A stretch of 64,000 bases of DNA from the human T2T-CHM13v2.0 reference genome, Homo sapiens. The stretch lies in assembly GCF_009914755.1 (NCBI RefSeq), contig NC_060933.1. The stretch is one strand, 5' to 3'. The translations under genes were made by a program, and so were the position numbers. The notes under the pieces were generated by a model that worked only from the letters and a program-made list of their open reading frames with translations, did not search any database and was not told where the DNA came from. This document shows, one piece after another, positions 53,480 to 64,000 of this stretch. Positions within the stretch are counted from its first letter, which is position 1. Every line of letters starts with the position of its first letter.

Positions 53480-56000
53480 TCAGGTGCTGTTATATTTATT
53501 CTGATCCTTGGTGAAATAATTCCAAAATACGTTTTGAAGAATAAACTTGTCTAAAAGGCAAAGAATTTCTTGAAAATAAATTACAGTGTTAAAGATGTTG
53601 CACCAAGATCAAATCATTAAAGTGTCAAGTATCACACTAAAACCAGAATGGACACGTTCCTATTACAGGACAAAAAATACAAAGCAGATCAAAGTGTGTT
53701 GTGTTCGTGCATGTGTCTATGCATGCATGTAAGTGCATGTGTGGGGAAGGAGAAATGTATGTAGTCTATCATGAAGTTACATTTTAAATAACTTGGAAAA
53801 ATATAATTTACTTAAGAATGATTCTGGAGTACTGTGCATTATGAATAAAATAAGTTTACATAAATAATGTTTTACCATATAAAAAAGGCAAATTCTATTC
53901 TAATTAAGACTTAAAATATAAACAAGAACCACTAAAGCATTGAAAGATAAGTTTAAATAAATACATAACTTTGATGAAGAAGCATTATTAAAAAGTAGCT
54001 CAGTAATTATTGACTGAGACTTTACAAATTTCTAAGCACTGAAATTCAAACCCTTTGCAGGCATTATCTAATTTAACCTTAATCGATTGACCATGAACGT
54101 GGAAGCTGAGAGGTGATAATATGAAGATCTAATAAGTTCACACCTGGAGCTCCCTGAATCTGTGCTAAAAATGATAAATGTATTTGACTTTACAAAATTG
54201 TAAAAATGTATACTTACATTATTTAATTATAATAATGATATAAATTTGTGAAATGTTTGCTCTCTCTATAAAACAAAGTATTAATATTCTTACATATAAA
54301 GAGTAATTATCAAAACAATCACAGAAATAAAAGGGTGCAAATAATAAGATTTGGCAAATCACCAAAGAAGAAATACATAATAAATGAACTTGTCAAACAA
54401 TGTTCACATTTCTAACAATCAGAAATGCAAATAACTAAATTTTTCTATTATTGGAAAACATTTAAAAAATTATTATAATTAATATCACTAATGATTTGTC
54501 ACAATTAAATCTAAGCAAGATAGGAAGTCACATTTACTGCTGGAGGGCCTATAATTTGTATGAGCTCTTTGGAGGACAGTTTGGCAATATGTATCAGGAG
54601 CCTTAAATGTGCATTTACTTTGATCCCCAAATTTCACTTCTAGGAGATTTTCGTTAAGTAGTAACAATAAAATAATGTAAAACCCAAAACTATAAATACC
54701 CTAGAAGAAAACCATTCAGGACATAGGCATGGGCAAAGACTTCATGACTAAAAAACCAAAAACAGTTGCAACAAAAGCCAAAATTGACAAATGGGAGCTA
54801 ATTAAACCAAAGAGCTTCTGCACAGCAAAAGAAACTATTATCAGAGTGAACAGGCAACCTACAGAATGAGAGAAAATTTTTGCAATCTACCCTTCTGACA
54901 AAGGTCTAATATCCAGAATGTACAAGGAACTTAAATGTATTTACAAGAAAAAAACAAACAACCCCATCAAAAAGTGGGCAAAGGATATGAACAGACACTT
55001 CTCAAAAGAAGACATTTACGTGGCTAACAAACATATGAAAAAGAGCTCAACATCACTGTTCATCAGAGAAATGCAAATCAAAACCACAATGAGATACCAT
55101 CTCACACCAGTCAAAATGACAATTATTAAAAAGTCAGGAAACAAGATACTGACACAGCTGTGGAGAAATAGGAACACTTTTACACTATTGGTCAGAATAT
55201 AAATTAGTTCAACCATTGTGGAAGATAGTGTGGCAATTCCTCAAGGATCTAGAACCAGAAATACCATTTGGCCCAGGCGTTTTACTACTGGGTGTATACC
55301 CAAAGGAATATAAATTATTGTACTATAAAGACACGTTCACACATATGTTTATTACAGCACTTTTTACAATAGCAAAGAAATGGAACCAACCCAAATACTC
55401 ATCAATGATAGACTGGATAAAGAAAATGTGGTACATACACATCATGGAATACTATGCCGCCATAAAAAGGAATGAGATCATGTCCTTTGCAGGGACATGG
55501 ATGAAGCTGGAAGCCATCATCCTCAGCAAACTAACACAGGAACAGAAAACCAAACACCGCATATTCTCACCCATAAATGGGAGCTGAACATTGAGAACAC
55601 ATGGACACAGAGAGGGAAACATCACACACCAGGGCCTGTTGCGGGAGTGGGGAGTGATGGGAGGGAACTTAGAGGATGGATCGATAGGTGCAGTAAACCA
55701 CCATGGAACATGTATATCTATGTAACAAACCTGCACGTTCTGCAGCACAGGTATCTCGTTTTTTGTTGTTTTTTTTTTTTTTTTGGAGCAATAATGACAA
55801 AAAAAAGAAAATAATATAAAGAAATTTGTAGAAATGCCATCATTAAAATATTTTTGGAACAGTAAAAATTAATGTACTAATAAATTATGTTATAGTAATA
55901 TAGTGGACTATATTATTATCAAGAAAGTAATGCTATACATATTCTTACTATATCACTGATGAAAATTCACCAATATATTATTGAATAAAACTTATAAAAC
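53480..56000 (+). mobile_element. Very old L1ME-like fragments flanking the L1PA8
   Basis: ctttggaggacagtttggcaatatgtatca..tttgatccccaaatttcacttctaggag. Confidence 0.6.
54676..55810 (+). mobile_element. 5'-truncated L1PA8-like LINE
   Basis: Peptides [32 protein letters not shown]; 3'UTR gggaacttagaggatgga. Confidence 0.95.
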
Positions 56001-56943
56001 ATTGTTGTGGTATTAGAATCCAGCTGCCATTTATTCCAGCTATTCCAGGAAGCACTGAAACATATTTGTTCTAGGAGGACAACCATCCCATCTTTTGGAT
56101 AAGTCAGTTAAGATGAGTATGAAATAAAATGGTTCTAAATAATAAAGAGTAAGAGTGATTGCTTGCTTGGTCTTTCAATGTCATTTATGGTGCCTGTAAT
56201 GGAAAAGAGAGAGCAGAGATGGAAGAGTGGACCCCAACTTTAAGATGAGATATCAAAAATAGTGATGGCCACTAAACAGGGGAACTACAAAATTTACCAA
56301 CCAAACCAAGATATGCTTGACAGTGAAGAGTCTCTGTTTATAATTACACCCAGTGAGCAGGAATATACTCAATTGGCTATATAAACTAGAAAATTGCTCT
56401 TATCTGTTAGTAGTCTCTCTGATGATGGTCATTTTTTGTTATAAGGACCCCTCATATCTAGTTTTAGGTCACATTATATTTGCAATGAAATTCTCTCCTA
56501 TTATCTCCAAACTATCCATGATGATTACCATGTAACAGAGCTCTGTGCTTGTGAAACTGTAGAGGTCTGAAGGTAAGGGAGGCTGAGTAATTATCTGTGT
56601 GCAATAGTACAGAGAACAGTGTGTAAGAAGGAGTTATCTGGAAAGTTCAAATAGTCTTGGAAATCCACAGGTGTCTACTGTTTAACTTAAAGATAGGAAA
56701 ACTATCATTTCTTTATATCCATGTACATAGCAATGGGTTTAAAATGTAGAAGATGCTGAATAAAAATAGATTTGTTAAATAAATAAAATAAAAATACCTA
56801 AATATGAATACTGACATTCCATGAGGCATTTTGACTGTGTTTGAAAGTAATGATGGCTTCAATTTTCTATAAGCCAGATGCTGTTTTAAATGCAAACTAT
56901 GCATTAATCAATTTAATATTTATAACAGTCCCACACCCTGCAG

Positions 56944-57512
56944 CCAAAGATTAAGAGAAATACACCCCAAGTCATGAAAAATTGGGCTCATTGACTCGTT
57001 ACAGTGAAGAAAACTAAAAACCTAAAAAAAGTCAACAAGTTAAAAAAAAGTCCTGTGGAGTAAGAAGGTGTTGAAAGGGACTTAGGGAATTTAGTCTTGG
57101 GTGATTTCAGTGAGAACTCAAGGAAGCAAGCTTTTCCTCTGGATGGGACATTGCCAGGAAGCCTGGGGAATTCTCCAATTTGACATATTAATTTTTATGT
57201 AGAACGTGGTAGGAATGAAGAGGGGCTAAGATGTAATTGATGAAGAAGCGGATGTTTTTCATGTTAGCTGGGAGAGGGTTGTAGTTTGTGCAATCACAAT
57301 ATTTTTGTCTCTGCTCAGATTTGATCATGAAGTAATGTTGATGTTGTTTCACTTTATCTCAGTCACAGACCGACTGTCTGATGGTGGCGATGTCTGACAT
57401 TATGTGTTCAATGGGAGAACACCACAGCCTAACTGTGAGGCAGGTTTAACAACAAGGCCTAGCTCTGTGCCAGGCTAGCTACTAACTGTCTGATGCCACT
57501 TCTCTGTTTCTC
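56944..57512. mobile_element. Possible old LTR element
   Basis: Composition shift and LTR-like phrasing; family not recognised. Confidence 0.3.
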
Positions 57513-58440
57513 AGTACCATTTTGTCCCCATTTTGTAGGTAGAAAAACAAAGAAGCTGAATAATTTAAACACAGTCATAGTAACTGGTGGAGGTAAGATT
57601 CTGGGATTTTTGGTTCTAGAGTTCATATGAATTACTATGCTGGAAATAGTTTTCTATAACATTCAGAATTTCTTTTGCAATTGTTATGGAGGAAAGATGC
57701 ATTTCTTCTTGTTGAACATGAAGCTGTTTGTCTCCTGAAATAAAAAATATTGCTGTTCTTTAATATATGTGATTCAATGTAGAGGCATAAGTGAATTCCT
57801 TTCGCTCTTACATATTTTCTGACTAATATATTTAATACATACACATTATTTTTTTATCTCAGTGAATTTGGCTCTGTATTTCTCAAGAACAAGAAGTCTC
57901 TCATTTAATAACTTCTGACTTTAGACTTATATACATTAAGAGATATAACAGTTGGCTGTGCAGATGTTAAGCCTATTGAGACTATTTTTCTCAATCCAAC
58001 ATCTCAATAGAGGACATCCAGTCAAAATGAGAGTATGACTGTGGGAACATTCAAGTCTCATAATTCTCATTATATGCTGGTTATTGTCCTAGAAGATGAC
58101 TTGATTTTAAATCCTACTGAAAGGCAAGAAAAGGGTGAGCATAAGAAAAAAATGTTTGCAATGTACCCTGTCTCTCTGGGAGTTTACTGAGGAATAAAAT
58201 AAAGCCTGATAAGTACTGACAATGGGAGTAGAAGCTCAGGAAGAAGGCGGTAGAGAGAATCCGCCTGTGCTTGATGCTCACGTCTCAATAACAGCATCTA
58301 TATTTTACCACTTCTCTTCACTAGGGAGGAGCCTAATATCCTCTCCTTTGACCCAGCCATAGTCATAATTACATTTATTGAGTGCTTACTCTACATGAAG
58401 CATAGTACTACTTGCCTCATAATACACAGTATTTCTAATT

Positions 58441-58910
58441 TGTGATGGTTAATATTATGAGTCAACTTAGGGAGGTAGAAATGATACCCAAGTGTTTGGT
58501 CAAATGCTAAACACAGTGGCTGATGCCATTGTGATGTATTTATTAGATGAGATTAACATTTAAATCAGTAGGCTTTGAGTAAAGCAGAATCCGCTCATAA
58601 TATGGGCAGACCTCATCCAGTCAGTGGAAGAAGACAGAATTCTGCTCCCAGATTGTTTTCAGGTTTGAGCTGTAACATTAAGTTTTCTGTGGATCTCCAG
58701 TCTGACAGCCTACCCTAAAGATTTTGAACTTCCCAGCCTCCACAATCATAGGAACCAATTTCTTAAAATAAGTTGATCTTTGTATGTATCATCTTTCTGT
58801 GTCTGTCTATCTATCTATCTATCTATCTATCTATCATCTATCTATCTATCTATCTATCTATATCTATCTATTCATTCATCCTATTAGTTCTGTTTCTCTG
58901 GAGAATCCTA
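58441..58910 (+). mobile_element. MLT2 (D-like) ERVL LTR with internal (TATC)n
   Basis: tgtgatggttaat..gtcaactt, gagattaacatttaaatcagtag..ttgagtaaagcaga, tcctattagttctgtttctctggagaa. Confidence 0.85.
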
Positions 58911-59041
58911 TTAAGATCTCAACCCTTTTTAATTTTTTGCTGAAAACTCTCAACAACCTCTTTCTTCATTATTCTAATCTCTGCTGCTGAAGACTTGGGA
59001 TTCCCATACCTCTTCCTCCAACACTTACAAAAGGTCTTTAG

Positions 59042-59655
<614 letters not shown>

Positions 59656-60344
59656 TTTAATTTGTTTTAATTCCTCTTGCCCTAACTCTACTTCATGTCA
59701 CTTTTTTTCTATTCACTCTTTTTAAATTTCTTGGTAACAGAATTCCAGATGTGAGAAACATCATTTGGGGCCACATAACAATTATAGGTCTCCCCTGGTA
59801 TCAGATGTTGAGCTTTGATATGAGATGTGGCCAAGGGATCACAAGTTACAAAACATGACTGCTGATCCCTCAGTAGAATTCTGAGCTGTAGTTTTCCTTA
59901 CAAAGTATAATAATGAAATAAAAATCATGAAGTCCCTAGCACATTTTTTTTTGCCTAGTTAAATATTTTCTTAATTGTCTTTCTTATGCAATTTGATACA
60001 TGGTCACTTTAAAGTTCATTTATACAGATATATGAGTTTGAATCAATGCTTTTCTTAACTTTGAATCTCTTAATGGCTCTTCCTCTTTCTTTTTACTGAT
60101 AATTACTTTAGCTAGAGTTGGATGATGCATTATTTCTTAATATTTTGTTAGTGCTATTTTTCTTTCCTGCTTTTGGTTACATGATTGACTACACACTAGG
60201 GAGTTTTCACTAAATTTACTCATTAAATATTTTTTAATTGGTTTATTGCTTTGCTAATTTGTAGAAGGCGCATGCAAATTATCTACAAACATCGCATTCT
60301 CTTTCTTCACATACAAATATGACAACAGTCTACAACGGTGATTC

Positions 60345-60493
60345 TTTCTTTTTTTTTTTTTTTTTGTATTTTTTTAGTAGAGACGGGGTTTCACCGTGTT
60401 AGCCAGGATGGTCTTGATCTCCTGACCTCGTGATCTGCCTGCCTCGGCCTCCCAAAGTGCTGGGATTACAGGCATGAGCCACCGTGCCCGGCC
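60345..60493 (-). mobile_element. AluY left monomer only, with TSD
   Basis: caccgtgttagccaggatgg; flanked by caac(g/t)gtgattctt. Confidence 0.9.
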
Positions 60494-60495
60494 AA

Positions 60496-60682
60496 CTGTG
60501 ATTCTTAAACATTAGTATACTTCGGAATTCCCTGGAGAGCTTCTAAAATCAGATTGCTGGGTCCCAAACCCAGGGTTTTTGATTCAATAACTCTGGGTTG
60601 GGATCTGAGAATCTGCATTTATAACAAGTTTTCAGGACACGTTGATTTTATAGTTCAAGAACCACACTTTGAGAAACACTGC
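60496..60682. mobile_element. MER5A
   Basis: cagattgctgggtccc...gagaatctgcatttataacaagtt...accacactttgagaaacactg. Confidence 0.85.
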
Positions 60683-61367
60683 CTTGCACAATTGAGATTT
60701 CAATATGTTTTGAAGCCAATCAGATCTGAATTCAATCCCCATTTAAGTTAAGTGATTTTGATAAAGGGACCTAAATTATAAGAGTCCCTGTTTATTCTGT
60801 TGAAAAATAAGGATATTAAGAGTCTTAATATAATCAACAGAGCCTAGCACTTGCTAAGCAGTCAGTAAATGTTACTGCTACTTCTAAATGCAAATTTATA
60901 ATATTTGTGTATTATCAGGCATTTAAAGTTTTTGTATCGTCAGGCATTTAAGGTTCCCTAGCAATTTATGTCTGCAGGCAACAGTGGTAGACTTTAAAAT
61001 ATCAACAGAGAAATCTATTAAATTTCTCTTACATTTACCTTGTGACTTCATCTGAGTCTTTCAGGATTTTGCTGACAATCTGTGCATTTGGGTTAGTGCT
61101 TTTACATAATGAAACCATTCAAAGATAACAATATTTCATAGTTCTTCTGATTTAGTTAAAGTTTTTAGCATACACAGTCCTAAATAATTGTTCCTGAACT
61201 AACATTCTCTGTGAGTTGCTCTCTGGCTCTGATTTGCTCCTGCCTCAAGGCGTTGGGGAGTCGTAGTCTACTTTGCAAGTGGAGACATTCGCATATACGT
61301 GGGTGGTTCTTCAATTCAGGACCCCATAATGAAGATAAGCTAATTAACTAAAAAAGATGAAACCCAT

Positions 61368-61527
61368 CTATATATGCAGTTAAATATATATTTTATATAT
61401 GTGTGTGTATATATATGCAGTTAAATACATATTTGTATATATATGTGTGTGTACATACACACACATGTATATGCTACATACATATATGTGTGTGGGTTTG
61501 TGTGTGTGTGTGTGTATATATATATAT
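61368..61527 (+). repeat. TA/TG low-complexity tract with a ~40-bp internal duplication
   Basis: tatatatgcagttaaata occurs twice, followed by (TG)n(TA)n. Confidence 0.8.
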
Positions 61528-64000
61528 CTTCCAATGAATCATTGGTAAGAAAATGGTAATAGCACAAATCCCTCTCTCTTACAGACTCTTCTGGTGTATA
61601 TTCCTCTTCTCCAAGGTCCTGAGATCCCTTTATGCCACAAAGTTTCTAGGCAGTAGGTCTGCTTCTACTTAGGCTGATTTCTAAGCTTTGAATTTTTGCG
61701 CAATGAAAGCAGAATGTCGAAGCTCCTTAACTGTTTAGAACAAAAGTCCCTGCTCATCAAGTTGCAGAATGAAAAGTAAGTGAAAGTAATCAGGTGAAGA
61801 AAAAAATTGTGGAATGAATTAAATGTCAACTTCTTTAGCTCATCTCCAGCTTTTACCTGTCTTTAAAATTGTTCCCAACTTTTTTCTTTAAACCCAGAAG
61901 AATTGTTTGTGGGAAAAAGTGACAATGACTCAGTTCAGTTTTGTAAAGTACCAACAGTTCTCAAGAGGAAATATGCTATATTGAGTAAGCGCAAAGTATG
62001 ATTATTAAACTTAATACGATATTTTTAAACTGCTGACAGATGGTGAATACAATGAAATATTTTGATAACTGCTTGTTATATTTTCAGAGACTTGGAGGCT
62101 TAGTGAAAATATGAAGTTCTAAATATTTGAACAACCAGATGTCATTTCAGATCAGTGTGACCAAATAATATTTTTGTAAATAACATGGTGGAGTTTAAAA
62201 AGGAAGGTGGAGCTAAGAGAAAAGAAAGAAAAAAAATGCATACAAATGTAGGATTCCTGGAAGAATTCTAGTGGAACATCAGACATTACACCTCCGGGGC
62301 AATCTATGTATCTTTTAAACAGAAACTCCCTCCGATGAGCTTGTCTAGGATCACTAAAAGAACTTGGGCCAAGTATGTCAGCATTAAAAATACCGAATTG
62401 GCTAGAAATACTATTGTGTGTCAACCTTTATTTGTCCTTTAAGCCAAGAAAAAAGAATAAAAGTATGCCTGTAGGCAAAATAAAGGCCTCCTTTTTTCTT
62501 TCCCCTCCCTTTCATTCCTCTTGCTCTCTTCAACTTATATGAGATTTGTAAAATGAATTGTAATAGAAAGTTCAGATGACAAAAATTACAGTGGTGTGGC
62601 CAAGAAAACACCCAGGGGGCCTTTAGCTTCCGTTGTGCCAGGACTGAACTATCAGATCAGCCTTCTGGACTCAAATGCGACACTGTCAATAAGAATACAT
62701 CATCTTTTTTGTGGTGTAGAAGAGCTGTCGGTTATAATTCCCATTATTCCAAAGCCAGGATTTTCCATTAGTACAGCCACCTGCTGGGTTGCTCTACTCA
62801 GGTTTAATGGAGTCTGAATTTGAATTTATCACCATCTGTGGGAAGACAGGAAATGAGAGAGCATCACTAATTCCATTCTTCATTTGCTAAGCCTAAGTAT
62901 AATCTTCATAAGGAGGCAGCAAAAGCAGCAGAGATTGGGGATAGATGGAAGAATATTTTAGCTCATATTGACATCAGAGCTCCAGACCAAGGGGAAAGAA
63001 TGCTGTCTGTTCTATGGCCAATTCCAGCAACAAAAAGAATGTTTTAATTTCCTATGTAATATGGTAACAAAATCATGCAGATTCAGAATACTGTTCCTCT
63101 TCAGCTTCCAAAAAGATCTCAGAAGATTTAATATGATTTCTGGTGAAGATGAAAGACTTGCATACATATCAAGTTCACAAAAAAGAGTTCAAGATTCCTA
63201 ATTGCCACATTAGCTTATAAATAGAACAGTATAGACTACTGGTGTCTGTTTTATGCAATTTCTTCTTTTCCTCCAGAAATTTTTTTTAAAAGCCTTTGTA
63301 GAACTCAAGAAGAGAAAAACATCAGGGAACATCAAAACCTTGAAGATGATCTCTAGAATCAAAGTGTAATGCCTTAAATTCATGTGCATATGTCTCAGTG
63401 GTTCCGACTTACACAGAGTCAGGAAGGGTGCATCATTATCATTTCCAAAATTTAAAAACAAACATTAAATGAGTTTACAGGAGGGGTAAGCAATTTGCAA
63501 TTAAATTCTTGCATTGGCTAGTTGCAAAACTTGCACTTCTGATCTGCCAATCTTTTACACCGCTCCATCAGAATGTTGCCATCTGGATTCTGCCGTCCAG
63601 GCAAAAACTCAGAGAAAAGCTAAGCCAACCTAACACACCATTTGTAATAAGTGTTGCTACCCACCCAAATGAAGAACAAGCCAGAAGATAATGGCAGTTG
63701 AAAAGATGAGGGGAAAAAAAATCCTTGCAGGAAAAAGGAAGGATTTAAAATCAAAATACACACCTACACACATATACACACAAAGCCTCTGGGAAAACAC
63801 TGCATGCCATTGTCTTTCTTCAGGAACCATGAGTTCATCCCTTTCTCATGAATCTCCCTCCATGTTTATAATCTTGGATTAATGACTCTAAACAGCGAGT
63901 CTTTTCTAAAGTCATGGGGGTCAGCTCTGCAGACTTGAGGAGCTTGGATAATTGGAAGGAATGTTACTTATTACAGTGAAGCAACAATTCCAGGGGAGGA

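Larger units (their letters stand above)
53261..56943 (+). repeat. Exact 42-bp direct repeat (53261-53302 and 56902-56943)
   Basis: cattaatcaatttaatatttataacagtcccacaccctgcag at both positions. Confidence 0.9.

Overview
AT-rich primate (human-like) genomic DNA with no intact protein-coding gene that I can recognise. A large part is interspersed repeats: Alus, L1PA and old L1M LINEs, L2/MIR, ERVL/MaLR LTR elements and Tigger/hAT MER DNA transposons. The main result is on the minus strand. A chain of short segments, many bounded by canonical AG/GT splice sites and several joining in compatible phase, translates (with many stops and frameshifts) into about 7-9 fibronectin type III repeats (~37.3-12.6 kb). 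These are followed by a transmembrane-like segment plus RKRK (12.4 kb) and tyrosine-kinase subdomains I-VIII in the correct order (10.7-7.6 kb). Cysteine-rich, VWC-like exon remnants may extend it upstream (39-44 kb). I read this as a heavily decayed, intron-containing pseudogene of a receptor tyrosine kinase whose architecture matches no human RTK I know, possibly a lost vertebrate receptor. This rests on manual translation only and needs frameshift-aware alignment to confirm. Smaller oddities are a long inverted repeat, an exact 42-bp dispersed direct repeat, a duplicated exon-like segment, a half-Alu with target-site duplications (TSDs) and an 11-kb stretch with no recognisable transposon. 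Repeat subfamily names are from recalled consensus sequences and boundaries are approximate.
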